Numbered from the stretch's first letter, positions 1 through 10,469 are shown. The stretch: DNA of 64,000 nt from Candidatus Harrisonbacteria bacterium (GCA_016214655.1 JACROC010000005.1:67078-131077), one strand, 5' to 3'. The notes: generated by a model from the letters alone, not told the origin. Made by a program: numbers and translations.

Positions 1-305
1 GCTTTTTCGTTCAGATAAAAACTGTATTGATCGGTACAGTAGGATACGCCCCGGGCAAGGATCTGCTCAACGCATTTTTCCATATCCAGCTCCTTATAAT
101 ACTCCGTTTCAATTAAATTCAATATTTCAAAAAAGGTTATTTTAGCTCCGGCCTTGCTTTGAGTATTGCGAAAAAGCTCATTTAAAGATGTCGGTGCGGA
201 TTTTTGCTGATTTTGTTCAGGATACAAAGGCGCTTCCGGATCATTAGAAAAACCGTTATTCGTAAATACAAACAGAATTAAGATTGCACAAACCAGTCTT
301 CGCAT
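1..305 (-). CDS. Secreted protein, probably N-terminus of an S41 carboxyl-terminal protease (runs off window start)
   Basis: Hand translation MRRLVCAILILFVF...FFEILNLIETEYYKELD...TDQYSFYLNEK; signal-peptide-like N-terminus; SD AAGGAGG; resembles CtpA N-terminal helical region. Confidence 0.55.
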   Translation of the reverse strand, partial: MRRLVCAILILFVFTNNGFSNDPEAPLYPEQNQQKSAPTSLNELFRNTQSKAGAKITFFEILNLIETEYYKELDMEKCVEQILARGVSYCTDQYSFYLNEK

Positions 306-416
306 TCATCCTCCTTATTCAATTTTCAATTTGCTTATATTAAACAGGAAACTAAGAAAAAAAGCAAACAGAATACCCGGAACAAAAGACGATTTTGGGT
401 ATTTCTAAAGTAATAC

Positions 417-1082
417 CTAAAAAGTCGCAAAGGGGCCGGCTATTAAGTAATAAAACCAATTAATAATTGGCGCTATCAGCTGAAAGTCAAAGAAAATAAA
501 GACCAATAAAATCCACAGGCCGTACTCTTCTAAAAATCGCTGTACATTATAATATTTTGGAGGTAAAAGAGCAAATAATATTTTAGAGCCGTCCAGCGGC
601 GGAATTGGCACCAGATTAAAAATAGCCAGCAGGATATTAATTAAAATAATCACATTAAAAAGCATGATTAAAGAAAGGTTTAAGCTGACTTGTTTATCAA
701 AAGCAATCGCTTCTAGGGTTAATAGCGGAGCAATCAGCCGAATCAAAATTCCGAAAACAACCGCCAGCAGAATATTGGCTAGCGGCCCGGCTGCACCGAT
801 AATTGCCGACCCCATTTTTGGATTTTTTAGGTTGCCGGGATTATAAGGAACTGGTTTTGCCCAGCCAAACAAAATTGGGCTTCGCGTCAATATTAAAAAT
901 AGTGGCAAAAATACCGATCCAATCGGATCCAAATGTTTTAAGGGATTTAAATTCAAGCGGTCCATTTCCTTGGCCGTCTCATCCCCCAAACGATAAGCTA
1001 CCGCGCCATGCGAAACCTCATGAACCATCACGGAAAAAATAAGGACGATTAGCTGAAATATTAATAAGACGATCTCATCCAT
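417..1082 (-). CDS. Site-2 protease family (M50) membrane metalloprotease
   Basis: HEVSH zinc motif, LNLNPLKHLDP, FNLVPIPPLDG motif, multiple TM segments. Confidence 0.93.
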   Translation of the reverse strand: MDEIVLLIFQLIVLIFSVMVHEVSHGAVAYRLGDETAKEMDRLNLNPLKHLDPIGSVFLPLFLILTRSPILFGWAKPVPYNPGNLKNPKMGSAIIGAAGPLANILLAVVFGILIRLIAPLLTLEAIAFDKQVSLNLSLIMLFNVIILINILLAIFNLVPIPPLDGSKILFALLPPKYYNVQRFLEEYGLWILLVFIFFDFQLIAPIINWFYYLIAGPFATF

Positions 1083-2023
1083 GGTTTTTGTTCTTTTTGT
1101 ATTTTATAAAGTTCCGGGTCAATTGTTCTGATAAAACAAGTTTTGCCGAGGTCGTGGCTCCAGTTTTGCCGGTACGGCCCTTCATAGTACGGCTGAACTG
1201 GTGTTGCTTTGGGGCTTCCAACTAAGCCTTCCGAAGGTAAATTAAAAACCGCGCACAACTCAAAAGAAAGGGGGCTAGCTACCTTATATTCATAAGGCAA
1301 ATTATTTTCCGGATCTTGCGGCGGCATAAATCCGGTAATGTCGTTTTTAAGTTCAACTAACTGAGCTGGAAGCTGGCCCTTCTGAATCCAATAGTTGATA
1401 ATTTCATTTTGTAAAATCTGCAGATCATTGATTCGCCTCTCATCAAACTGGTAAAGCCTGGCCTTAAAAGGAGATCCGGCAGTGAAAAAACCGCCGGCTA
1501 CGCTGATTAAAATTATTAATGCAACTGACCAAGCTAATAAGCGCAGATTTTTTTGAGCCAGCTTATTTCGCAAATCTAAAAGATAATATTCGAAGATAGT
1601 TCCCGCCACCAGAAGAATTACCAATATTTTCAGGAGGAAACGGCCGGTTAAATCTCCGCCCAAAAAATTGTAAACCAGCGTTACTAAATCGGTGATAATA
1701 ACTATGGCCGTCAGAAAAAGCGTGAAGTAAACCAGCCACTTTCTTATTTTTAATTCACGTTTCTCCGGGTTTTTGGAATAATCTTTATATAAAAGCCAGG
1801 AAACTAATAAATAAACCGGGAAAACGATAATTAATGAGGCCATGGACCAGCGGATCGGCCAGGCGACGGACGAATAATAAATCGGAAAAAGCGGATCCGG
1901 AAAAAGAATATTAATATATTGGAACAAAAGAGCTATCAAGCTCCCAGCGCTGATATAAAGAGCAATGATGCCAAGAAGATGCAAAAAAACGTCTTTCGGC
2001 AAACTTTTATTATTTTCATTCAT
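1061..2023 (-). CDS. DUF5671-like multi-pass membrane protein
   Basis: Five TM helices with RKWLVYFTLF pattern then soluble C-domain (DERRINDLQ); start moved to MNENNK, downstream of TGGTATAAT. Confidence 0.65.
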   Translation of the reverse strand: MNENNKSLPKDVFLHLLGIIALYISAGSLIALLFQYINILFPDPLFPIYYSSVAWPIRWSMASLIIVFPVYLLVSWLLYKDYSKNPEKRELKIRKWLVYFTLFLTAIVIITDLVTLVYNFLGGDLTGRFLLKILVILLVAGTIFEYYLLDLRNKLAQKNLRLLAWSVALIILISVAGGFFTAGSPFKARLYQFDERRINDLQILQNEIINYWIQKGQLPAQLVELKNDITGFMPPQDPENNLPYEYKVASPLSFELCAVFNLPSEGLVGSPKATPVQPYYEGPYRQNWSHDLGKTCFIRTIDPELYKIQKEQKPWMRSSY

Positions 2024-2083
2024 AAGAAAGTTATTTATATTATACCACAGCAAATGAAAATCCCCCCTAAGGGAGAGTTTGGT

Positions 2084-2560
2084 TCAATCATCTCTGGCTA
2101 TTACTATTGATAAAGCTGCGATTCGCTCTTGCGGGCGTTGCTTTTCCATAAAAGAAATCCTTACTTTGTTGGCGATCTTGCGGCCGTTGGCAAAATTTAT
2201 CTCCACATCCAAAACAAAAATTTCATTCAATTTCTTGATAACCCAGCGGTTGTTTATGAAAAGTGCCAATCCTCGTGGAGAGCCAATGGTCATATTATTC
2301 AACGTCAGCCATTCAGTATAGACTGCGCCTTGGTTAAAAAAATCTATAGTGATAGCCTTGAGGCCCAAGGATTCATTCTGATATTCAATAACCGTCCCTA
2401 TTTTATCTAGCGGGTCTGCGGTTCCAAAGTTTTCCCAAGGGACGAATCTGCCATTGCGATGCGACAAATCATATTTTCCTATTTTTTCCCATCCCTCACC
2501 TTCATATTTATTCTGATCGGAAAAATCCGGCCTCCTTACGGTCCAGTCTAGTCCGGGCAT
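2084..2560 (-). CDS. Hypothetical protein
   Basis: 158-aa ORF flanked by its own intergenic regions; no recognisable motif. Confidence 0.55.
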   Translation of the reverse strand: MPGLDWTVRRPDFSDQNKYEGEGWEKIGKYDLSHRNGRFVPWENFGTADPLDKIGTVIEYQNESLGLKAITIDFFNQGAVYTEWLTLNNMTIGSPRGLALFINNRWVIKKLNEIFVLDVEINFANGRKIANKVRISFMEKQRPQERIAALSIVIARDD

Positions 2561-2641
2561 TTTGACCTATTCTATTTAGGTTTAAGATTCTAATTACAGA
2601 ATGCGTCTAGAATTATCAGAAGTCAATGAATTATGCCGCAG

Positions 2642-3613
2642 TTATTTAATCAACTTTTTAAATTCTTCTACCATTGGAACTTGTTCCGCCTCAACTTTAT
2701 ATTCCGTTGCTATATAATAAGCCGTCCAATCGGCAAAAATCAGAGAAGAAAAGATTTTTTGAAATGGCGTTTTTCCGTTTAGAATAATAACTTCTACCGG
2801 AAATCCACGTTCCCTATATAAACGTTCTGTAACATTCATTCGTTTTAAGATTTTAAGATTATCCGAAGAATCTTTAAGGAAAAGAAAAAAGAAATTTTTG
2901 GAAAGATCCCTGGTGGTATCTTGCGTATCAAATCCGGTCATTTCATTATGGTTAAGCTCTGGAAAGTTATTAATAAAGGCGGGAATTTTGCCGGTTTCAT
3001 TAAATTTAATCTTCCAATTGTAGGCAATGGGGAAGTTTTTCTGCGAAGAATAAATCACCGGGACATGCCCTTTTAATTTTTTAGCTAATGCTTTTCCGTC
3101 GCGTTCTTGCTGGTATGGCCTCAATGAATTAGCTAACTCTAAAGTTTCTCTTAACCCGTTCCTATCCCCCATGATTTTCAGGATGGCCTTAATATTCAGA
3201 CCCGTAGCAGAGCGCGGCTGAAGGTTAAAGTTGGGCATATGAATATATGGTTTCTTGTGTTTTCTTGCCAGATCCATGAGTTTACCGCCAGTACTTACAG
3301 CGGCTATTGGTAATTTTTCTTTTACTGCTTTTAAAAATGTGCTGATGGTTTCCTCGGTGTTGCCAGAATAGGAATTAGCAATAATTAAAGTTTCCTTAAG
3401 CTGGTTTTTAGGAATATTCGGCAGATCATAATTCCGATGCTCAATGATTTCTAACCCCGGATTTCTGATTTTCAGAAGCCCCGCAATTAAATTTGAGCCG
3501 CCCATCCCGGCTACGATAAATTTATCGTATTTTCTCAGGCTTTTTTCGTTCTCTATTTTCGGCTCGTATTCAAATTGTTTCGCAAAGTTTTTAATTGCTT
3601 CATACATTGACAT
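2642..3613 (-). CDS. Bifunctional phosphoglucose/phosphomannose isomerase (SIS domain)
   Basis: GMGGS, SYSGNTEET, QPRSA, NETGK and PELNHNE motifs. Confidence 0.9.
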   Translation of the reverse strand: MSMYEAIKNFAKQFEYEPKIENEKSLRKYDKFIVAGMGGSNLIAGLLKIRNPGLEIIEHRNYDLPNIPKNQLKETLIIANSYSGNTEETISTFLKAVKEKLPIAAVSTGGKLMDLARKHKKPYIHMPNFNLQPRSATGLNIKAILKIMGDRNGLRETLELANSLRPYQQERDGKALAKKLKGHVPVIYSSQKNFPIAYNWKIKFNETGKIPAFINNFPELNHNEMTGFDTQDTTRDLSKNFFFLFLKDSSDNLKILKRMNVTERLYRERGFPVEVIILNGKTPFQKIFSSLIFADWTAYYIATEYKVEAEQVPMVEEFKKLIK

Positions 3614-3656
3614 ATGGGTATTTTATCTAATTATACCAATTTTGTATAATTTAGTT

Positions 3657-4592
3657 ATGAACTGGCAATTTTTAATCACCCTTCTTGGTTTGGCTACTTT
3701 TGAGGTAATCAGCAGCGTTGATAACGCGATTGTTAATGCTCATGTCCTTAAAACCTTGCCGGAAAAATTCCGGAAGTTTTTCTTGGTCTGGGGATTGCTT
3801 TTTGCGGTATTTTTAATGCGAGGCGTCTTGCCTTTTTTGATTGTTTGGTTGGCTAACCCAAGTCTTTCTCTGGGCCAGGTCTTAGGTTTTGTTTTTTCCA
3901 GCAGTCCGGAAGTGGAAACTTACGTCCAGCAATCAAAAGGCCTTCTGCTTTTGGGCGGCGGCGTTTATTTATTTTTTGTTTTCCTGGCGTGGCTATTTCT
4001 GGAAGAAAAAAAATATGCTTTTTTGGTGGAACACTTTATTCACCGCCAGTCAGTTTGGTTTTATGCGATTTCTTCAATATTTTTTACGTCCATCATTTAT
4101 ATCTCTCTTAAAATCAATCCCCTCCTAGCTTTATCTGCATCTATCGGCTCCACTGCGTTTTTTATTACTGATGGCTTTAAGAAAAACGCGGAAGAAGCGG
4201 AAAAAAAATTAATGCACGGATCCAATTTAAGCGCCTGGAGCAAGATTTTATATCTGGAAGTCTTGGACGCTTCTTTCTCAATTGACGGCGTGATCGGAGC
4301 TTTTGCTTTCACGATTTCCATTCCGCTGATACTTTTAGGCAACGGACTTGGAGCTTTTATTGTCCGAGAACTCACTATCAAGGGCATGGATATAATATCT
4401 AAATTTGCCTACTTAAAAAATGGCGCTATGTATTCTATCGGCATGCTCGGCGGTTTAATGGTTCTGGAAAGTTTTGGACAACACTACCCATTCTGGCTGG
4501 CTCCGCTCAACACCTTTTTGCTTCTCGGAATTTTCCTGTACTTATCTTATGTAGAAATCAAAGAAAAAGAAGCATCCGGCCATAAAATATAA
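3657..4592 (+). CDS. DUF475/TerC-like integral membrane protein
   Basis: SVDNAIVNA and LEVLDASFSIDGVIGAFA motifs; likely start MNWQFL 6 nt after TATAAT. Confidence 0.85.
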   Translation: MNWQFLITLLGLATFEVISSVDNAIVNAHVLKTLPEKFRKFFLVWGLLFAVFLMRGVLPFLIVWLANPSLSLGQVLGFVFSSSPEVETYVQQSKGLLLLGGGVYLFFVFLAWLFLEEKKYAFLVEHFIHRQSVWFYAISSIFFTSIIYISLKINPLLALSASIGSTAFFITDGFKKNAEEAEKKLMHGSNLSAWSKILYLEVLDASFSIDGVIGAFAFTISIPLILLGNGLGAFIVRELTIKGMDIISKFAYLKNGAMYSIGMLGGLMVLESFGQHYPFWLAPLNTFLLLGIFLYLSYVEIKEKEASGHKI

Positions 4593-4627
4593 AAAGCCCA
4601 CAGATTAAATCTGCGGGCCGCTATAGA

Positions 4628-5182
4628 TTAACTTTCGGAACCAGCCAGAGCTTTCTTCCGGAGACGCTGGAAAATTTCTGCCTGCTCACGCGCGTCATCT
4701 AACGCATTGTGGGTATGCGGAAGCTTGGAAAGAAACTCTTTATCCATTGCTTTTTTAGCAGTTTCCCACCAAAACCGTTTCCGCATTAACCCGGCATAAT
4801 ATGCTTTGATATCCCATCCGGAAATTCCAAACGGATTATGTCCCAAGAAGTGGATAAAATACCAATGGATAAACATCCAGTCATAAGTTGCATTAAAAGC
4901 GATAAATACCGGGCGTCTGTCTGATCCGCAGACTTCTTTCAGCCATTGGTCAAATTCTTTCATGGCAACCGCGGGATCTGCTCCGGATATTTTCAATTTT
5001 TCCCGATCAAGGCCGGATATGCTCGCGGCTCTCTCAAAGTACTTTTCTGAAATTGGCTTTAATTCCCGATAGAAGCCATTTTCCGGAGAACGGATAACGC
5101 AAGCGCCAAAGGATGATATTGAGTAATCGCCGGGAATTGGGCCGTCGGCCTCAACATCAATTGATATAAATAATTCTTTCAA
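4628..5182 (-). CDS. DEDDh 3'-5' exonuclease (RNase AS-like)
   Basis: SIDVEADGP, FNATYDW, HNALDDA motifs; TTG start after AAAGGAGG. Confidence 0.85.
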   Translation of the reverse strand: MKELFISIDVEADGPIPGDYSISSFGACVIRSPENGFYRELKPISEKYFERAASISGLDREKLKISGADPAVAMKEFDQWLKEVCGSDRRPVFIAFNATYDWMFIHWYFIHFLGHNPFGISGWDIKAYYAGLMRKRFWWETAKKAMDKEFLSKLPHTHNALDDAREQAEIFQRLRKKALAGSES

Positions 5183-5219
5183 GGTTCTGCCTCCTTTCCA
5201 GATTTTTATCATCTGGATA

Positions 5220-5507
5220 TTATAGGGTATCAAAAAATAAGTTGGATGTCAATTTACTGAGCTTAGTACTGAAAAGAGCTAACTTCTCTCCCCTCTTCCA
5301 TCGTTTTATTTCACTCTCTCTTCTGCGGGCTTCTTTTAGTGTCGCAAATGATTCTGAATATTTCAGTTTTACCGGCCGGCGGATTTTTGTGTAATGAGCT
5401 CCTGATTTTGAAGTATTATGCTGCTTTAAGCGCTTTTCTAAGTCTTTAGTGCAACCTACATACAAAGATTTGTCGGCGCATTCTAGTATGTAGGTGAAGT
5501 AAGGCAT
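5220..5507 (-). CDS. Small stand-alone GIY-YIG nuclease (UPF0213-like)
   Basis: YILEC..LYVGCT..RLKQHN..GAHYTK.RRPVKL..RESEIK. Confidence 0.9.
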   Translation of the reverse strand: MPYFTYILECADKSLYVGCTKDLEKRLKQHNTSKSGAHYTKIRRPVKLKYSESFATLKEARRRESEIKRWKRGEKLALFSTKLSKLTSNLFFDTL

Positions 5508-5559
5508 TTAATTTTTTAAAATTTGTTAGTTTCAGTAGTTTTCTATGTCTCCGATTATT

Positions 5560-5690
5560 TCAACGATGAATGCAACCGGCCCAACAACAAGGCCGGCGCT
5601 TTCCTTCTATAAGCTCCGTGCGCGTCCTTTTGATGTGATTTCTTCTTGTTTCCGGTTTTTTAGTGGAAATAATCTAGCAGATCCATTAGC
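5560..5690 (-). pseudogene. Remnant of YdeI/OmpD-associated family gene (C-terminal part)
   Basis: Frame reads *WIC*IISTKKPETRRNHIKRTRTELIEGKRRPCCWAGCIHR*; two stops fall where E and W are expected in the EWICW motif. Confidence 0.6.
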
Positions 5691-5740
5691 CATATGATAA
5701 TTGTATCAAAACTGCTCGCGAGTAAGTTGTAATTATTAAT

Positions 5741-6211
5741 ATGAACAATTTGTTCTTAAGGATAGTAATTGTGCTCATCGGTATCGTGGCGCTGGCCATC
5801 ATGATCCGGTTTCCCTTGACCGAAGGGAGGGCCGTAAACTTAGACCTGTTTAGTATTTACGCTGATCCATTCATTATATATGGGTACGCAGTATCTATCG
5901 CATTTTTTGTTGCACTGTATCAGGCATTTAAATTACTCGGATACATCGGGCAAAATAAAGTATTCTCACTAAGCTCCGTGAGAGCTTTAAGGACTATAAA
6001 ATATTGCGCAATCATATTAAGTGCCTCAATTGTAATGGCAGTACTGTTCATTATGAAATCTCATAATACAGATGACAATCCAGCGGGCTTTATTGCTATA
6101 GGTATTTTGACTACTTTTATTTCTATCGTAATCGCCACTGCGACAGATGTATTCGAGAAGCTCTTGCAAACTGCTGTAGAGATGAAGCCGGAAAACGATC
6201 TAGCCGTCTAA
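5741..6211 (+). CDS. DUF2975 membrane protein
   Basis: Four TM helices, FS..SV.AL..IKYCA and C-terminal AVEMKPENDLAV. Confidence 0.85.
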   Translation: MNNLFLRIVIVLIGIVALAIMIRFPLTEGRAVNLDLFSIYADPFIIYGYAVSIAFFVALYQAFKLLGYIGQNKVFSLSSVRALRTIKYCAIILSASIVMAVLFIMKSHNTDDNPAGFIAIGILTTFISIVIATATDVFEKLLQTAVEMKPENDLAV

Positions 6212-6242
6212 CTATATGGCTAAAATCACATGAAATCCTTTC

Positions 6243-6332
6243 TGGCGGAGGGTACAGGATTCGAACCTGTGATCCCCTTTCGGAGAAACTTGCTTTCCAA
6301 GCAAGCGCACTAGACCGCTGTGCGAACCCTCC
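6243..6332 (-). tRNA. tRNA-Ser(GGA)
   Basis: Acceptor GGAGGGT/ACCCTCC + G-CCA, anticodon arm CTTGC-TTGGAAA-GCAAG, long variable arm, T-arm GGTTCGAATCC. Confidence 0.97.
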
Positions 6333-6374
6333 AATTGCGCGGAGCGCAATAATTTATAACTTACAACAAAATAA

Positions 6375-6719
6375 CTACGCTTTCAATCCGTGCTGATTTA
6401 TTCTTGCGGCAAAAGCAAATTGATCAAAGTAGGATTGCAAACCGCTTAAAGAGCTTTTATATTCTTTGCCTCCATATATAGCATCCACAAATACTTCCCT
6501 TGCCCGATTAATTTCTCTAAGCCGGCCGCGCCAGCGCGGATCAGCTAAAGTTAAATCAAAAAGTTCTAAAGCGCGCTCGGCCGCTCCTCTAAAAAGCTTT
6601 TCATCTTTTTCTTGCCAGCGCGCCGCCCGGCTGACTTCGCTGCCAATATTGCCCATTTGCTCTTTTAAACTTAACTGCTGCCATCGGCCGGCGGCTAATT
6701 CTTTATGCTGAAAATCCAT
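6375..6719 (-). CDS. Conserved hypothetical helical protein
   Basis: 114 aa, translationally coupled to upstream DUF5674-like gene; QMGNIGSEV..RA motif. Confidence 0.7.
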   Translation of the reverse strand: MDFQHKELAAGRWQQLSLKEQMGNIGSEVSRAARWQEKDEKLFRGAAERALELFDLTLADPRWRGRLREINRAREVFVDAIYGGKEYKSSLSGLQSYFDQFAFAARINQHGLKA

Positions 6720-7066
6720 CAGGATACTAATTTTTTAATTATCTGCTTTATTTTATCTCTGACTTCATCTTTTTCTACGCCGCGAGAACGATTGCCGTAA
6801 CTGGGTTTTAAATTTACCATGGAATCAAATTCAATAAAGTCATCTCCGGACTTTTCCAGATAAAGATTGATGCCCCAAGTATTTTCTCTTTTAGACCCCT
6901 CGTTTTCCATTAATAAAGACTCCTCATCTGCATGCAATTCTCCGCCAACTGCCATAATCCTCTGCTCCACATCTACCACTGCCTTTATTACATCGCCAAA
7001 TTCCTCTTTTGCCATTTCTAAAAGCTCTGCTTTGGTAATAGAATTTTTTACAATTTTTATTGCCAT
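6719..7066 (-). CDS. DUF5674-like protein
   Basis: KAVVDV..GGELHADEE..WGINLY..IEFDSMVNLKP..NRSRGV. Confidence 0.75.
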   Translation of the reverse strand: MAIKIVKNSITKAELLEMAKEEFGDVIKAVVDVEQRIMAVGGELHADEESLLMENEGSKRENTWGINLYLEKSGDDFIEFDSMVNLKPSYGNRSRGVEKDEVRDKIKQIIKKLVS

Positions 7067-7080
7067 AGTTAGAGATTAAA

Positions 7081-7983
7081 TTATATTTTTAAACCACGCA
7101 ACGCTTTTAGGCGTTCTTCTACCGGCGGGTGGGTTAGGAATAATCCGTGCAAAAACGGCTTTTGCGGTTTTTGATCAAATGGATCATCAAACCAAAGATG
7201 AGCAGTGGTGTTATTAGCAACCCGGAGTGGGGTTGGATCTTTGGAAATTTTAATGAGCGCATTGGCAAGCGCATCCGGATAGCGAGTGAGCAGTGCCCCA
7301 GAAGCATCGGCCAACAGTTCCCTTTTTCTGGAAATTGCCAGACGCATTAAGGTTGCAGCCAGTGGCGCTAAAAGCGCTAAGACTAGACCAATTATAATTA
7401 AAATCGGATGTATATTATTCCGTTCATCTCGACTTGACCGGTGCCACCATAATGATCTCATAAAAAAATCGGATGCAATTGAAATAAAGCCAACTAAAAC
7501 CACTGCGGCAGTAGAGATTAGCATATCCCGATTCCCTATATGAGAAAGTTCATGGGCAATCACGCCTTCCAATTCAGATCGATCAAGCCGGCTTAAAAGT
7601 CCAGTGGTCACGGCTACGACTGCATGTTCCGGATTCCGTCCGGTCGCAAAAGCATTCGGCGCCGGTTCATTGATAATATAAATTTTCGGCGTCGGCAGAC
7701 CAGCGGTAATCGCCAGATTTTCCACTACATTATAAAGTTCTTTGGCATTTTCTTTGGTGACTGGTTCGGCATGCGACATCCGCAAAACAATTTTATCGGA
7801 AAACCAATAACTGGTGACGCTCATGCCCATGCTGAAAATAACCGCAACATATAAGATAGACGGGTCGCCGTATGCCTGCGAAAATACCCAGCCAACTCCC
7901 ATAACAACGCCGAAAAATAACGTGAAAAGCAGCCAAGTTTTGCGGATATTGGAATCCTTATGAGTGTACAAATTTGATGGCAT
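7081..7983 (-). CDS. htpX: Zinc metalloprotease HtpX (M48)
   Basis: PNAFATGRNP, HELSH, SRKRELLADA, THPP; start moved to MPSNLY because the longer ORF reads through a repeat. Confidence 0.93.
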   Translation of the reverse strand: MPSNLYTHKDSNIRKTWLLFTLFFGVVMGVGWVFSQAYGDPSILYVAVIFSMGMSVTSYWFSDKIVLRMSHAEPVTKENAKELYNVVENLAITAGLPTPKIYIINEPAPNAFATGRNPEHAVVAVTTGLLSRLDRSELEGVIAHELSHIGNRDMLISTAAVVLVGFISIASDFFMRSLWWHRSSRDERNNIHPILIIIGLVLALLAPLAATLMRLAISRKRELLADASGALLTRYPDALANALIKISKDPTPLRVANNTTAHLWFDDPFDQKPQKPFLHGLFLTHPPVEERLKALRGLKI

Positions 7984-7990
7984 GTTTGAG

Positions 7991-8064
7991 TGAATTATGA
8001 ATGATGAATTAGGAATAAAAGAAGAACCAAAAACCATTATTCATGATTCTTGATTCATAATTCG
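7991..8064. repeat. Inverted pair of degenerate 7-mer tandem repeats between lemA and htpX
   Basis: TGAATTA TGAATGA TGAATTA GGAATAA ... TTATTCA TGATTCT TGATTCA TAATTCG. Confidence 0.75.
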
Positions 8065-8071
8065 TAGAGTC

Positions 8072-8626
8072 CTAGAACTTTACTTTGACCGGAGCTTTTT
8101 CAGAAGTTTCAGCCTCAAAGAATTTTTCTTCAGAAAAACCAAATGGCTTTGCAATAAGATTAGTCGGGAAACTTTGGACTGCGGTATTGAGTGACATAAC
8201 CATAGTATTATAAAAACGGCGGGAGGCTTGGATTTTATTTTCAGTGTCCGCAAGTTCTCGCTGTAAATCTAAGAAATTAGCATTAGCTTTCAGGTCCGGA
8301 TAATTTTCGGAAACCGCAAATAGTGTTTTTAAGGTATTGGAAAGCTGTGTCTCCGCTTGATCACGATCTAAAGGACTGCCACCCATAGACATAACTGCGG
8401 TGCGGGCTTTGGTGACATTTTCTAAAACTGATTTTTCATGCTGCATATATCCTTTGACGGTTTCAATTAAATTGGGAATTAGGTCAAACCGGCGTTTTAA
8501 TTGGACATCAATATCGGAAAGCGCTTCTTTTGCTCGGTTGCGATAACGAACCAATGAATTAAATGTAAAAACTAGCCACAGCACAACGACTCCCAAAACC
8601 CCTAATAAAATATATAAAGTATTCAT
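8072..8626 (-). CDS. lemA: LemA family protein
   Basis: N-terminal TM, IDVQLKRRFDLIPNL, ENYPDLKAN, RRFYN. Confidence 0.95.
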   Translation of the reverse strand: MNTLYILLGVLGVVVLWLVFTFNSLVRYRNRAKEALSDIDVQLKRRFDLIPNLIETVKGYMQHEKSVLENVTKARTAVMSMGGSPLDRDQAETQLSNTLKTLFAVSENYPDLKANANFLDLQRELADTENKIQASRRFYNTMVMSLNTAVQSFPTNLIAKPFGFSEEKFFEAETSEKAPVKVKF

Positions 8627-8668
8627 GGTAATTATTATACTATATTTTTCTTAAATTAAAAATCCCCG

Positions 8669-9103
8669 TTATGGGGATAGGTCTTTTGGCGGAAACACGC
8701 GAGTTGGTGAATTCATATATCGCCGCCAATCATCTCTTTTCTTACGGAGTTTATTTAAATAATTATCCCAGATTTTCAGATCTTCTTTTGAGCGTACGAC
8801 GACCACAACTCGTTCCGGTTTAATCCATTGATAGATATCTTCAAAAGAGTCATATACATCAATTGTTGTATAGGATGAGGTGCTAGTGATTAATTTCACT
8901 GTAACCGAATCAATATCTACCGAAACATCTTTTAGGCGTTCATCGACTGTAACTTCTTTAAAAAATATTTCACATTTACTGCCGCCAGTCGCATTAACGC
9001 TTTTAAATGGCAGATCCAGATAGGTTGCGGTATCGGAGTTAATGACATACGGATTTGCGGATACATTGCCGATAAAAAGGCTGGCTAAAAGGATTTTCAT
9101 CAC
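8669..9103 (-). CDS. Hypothetical exported protein
   Basis: 144-aa ORF with signal-peptide-like N-terminus. Confidence 0.55.
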   Translation of the reverse strand: MMKILLASLFIGNVSANPYVINSDTATYLDLPFKSVNATGGSKCEIFFKEVTVDERLKDVSVDIDSVTVKLITSTSSYTTIDVYDSFEDIYQWIKPERVVVVVRSKEDLKIWDNYLNKLRKKRDDWRRYMNSPTRVFPPKDLSP

Positions 9104-9189
9104 TATGCCCTTTATAATATGAGCTGATATTATCTTAGTGCAATTATTTTAAAAGTCAATAAAAATCCCCGGCTTGACCGAGGACAATT

Positions 9190-9678
9190 TTATTTCTTTC
9201 TCCGATATCTTTGATAGCAGTAGTGATATGGCGCATTTTCGCCGCCATATTGCAAAGCGGATTGTTCAATTAATTCAAAAACTGATTCGTCAATCTCCGG
9301 GAAAAATGCGTCGCCTTCAAAATTGTGATTGATTAGTGTCACATAAAGCATACCGGCCTTTAGAAGTGCCTGTTTATAAATTTCGGCTCCGCCAATTACG
9401 TAAAGATCGTCCGGAATGCCCCAATTTAAGATTGCATCTAAAGAGTTAGCCAGCACTATTCCTACAGGACTGACTTTTCCTAGATGCCTGGTTATGACAA
9501 CATTAGTCCTATCCGGAAGAGGCTTCCCGATTGATTCATAAGTCTTACGTCCCATAACCACCCACTTGCCAGTAGTTAATTCTTTAAAACGCTTTAAATC
9601 TTCCGGCAGTTTCCAGGGAAGCTTATTATCTTTACCGATAACCCGATTTCTTCCCATTGCGACAACGATATTAATCAT
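9190..9678 (-). CDS. folA: Dihydrofolate reductase
   Basis: [37 protein letters not shown]; coupled to thyA. Confidence 0.97.
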   Translation of the reverse strand: MINIVVAMGRNRVIGKDNKLPWKLPEDLKRFKELTTGKWVVMGRKTYESIGKPLPDRTNVVITRHLGKVSPVGIVLANSLDAILNWGIPDDLYVIGGAEIYKQALLKAGMLYVTLINHNFEGDAFFPEIDESVFELIEQSALQYGGENAPYHYCYQRYRRKK

Positions 9679-10469
9679 ACGGCAATCGGCGCCTTAATGC
9701 CGGGATACGGGTTATATCCAACCAACTCAAAGTCTTCTAATCGATAATCAAAAATTGAGTCAACTTTCCGTTTAATTAGCATCTCCGGAAGCGATCTGGG
9801 TTCTCGGCTAAGCTGGAGATCAGCCTGTTTAAAATGATTTAGATAAATATGCGCATCGCCTAAGACGTGGATAAATTCTCCGGGCTGTAATCCGGTCACC
9901 TCGGCAACCATCATGGTTAACAAAGCATAAGACGCAATATTAAACGGGACGCCGAGAAACATATCGCAGCTCCGCTGATAAAGCAGGCAGGAAAGTTTTC
10001 CGTTAGCAACATAAAATTGGAAAAGACAATGACAGGGCGGCAATTTCATTTTTTCAATATCCGCAACATTCCAAGCGCTTACGATTAATCGGCGGTCGTC
10101 TGGCTTCTGCTTGATACGTTCAATAACAGCAGAAACTTGATCAATATGCCTTCCGTCCGGTGCCGGCCAGGAACGCCACTGGTGTCCATAGACCGGACCC
10201 AGATTACCGTCTTTATCCCCCCACTCATCCCAGATTGTAACCCCATGTTCATGCAGAAATTTTAAGTTGGTATCTCCGCGAAGAAACCATAAAAGTTCAA
10301 CGATAATACTTTTAAGGTGCAATTTCTTGGTAGTCACAATAGGAAATCCTTGAGAGAGATTAAAACGCATTTGCCGGCCGAAAACGCTGATAGTGCCTAC
10401 GCCGGTACGATCGCTTTTTTGAGTGCCGTTTTGCCGGATATCGCGAAGCACATCAAGATATTGCTTCAC
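9675..10469 (-). CDS. thyA: Thymidylate synthase
   Basis: [38 protein letters not shown]; likely GTG start (VKQYLD). Confidence 0.97.
   Translation of the reverse strand: MKQYLDVLRDIRQNGTQKSDRTGVGTISVFGRQMRFNLSQGFPIVTTKKLHLKSIIVELLWFLRGDTNLKFLHEHGVTIWDEWGDKDGNLGPVYGHQWRSWPAPDGRHIDQVSAVIERIKQKPDDRRLIVSAWNVADIEKMKLPPCHCLFQFYVANGKLSCLLYQRSCDMFLGVPFNIASYALLTMMVAEVTGLQPGEFIHVLGDAHIYLNHFKQADLQLSREPRSLPEMLIKRKVDSIFDYRLEDFELVGYNPYPGIKAPIAV

Noticed and set aside
3444-3656. N-terminal extensions in the ORF track (also 7984-8037, 10470-10541, 29970-30086, 36113-36163)
   Set aside because: They overlap neighbouring genes, promoters or repeats; downstream starts fit the family motifs better
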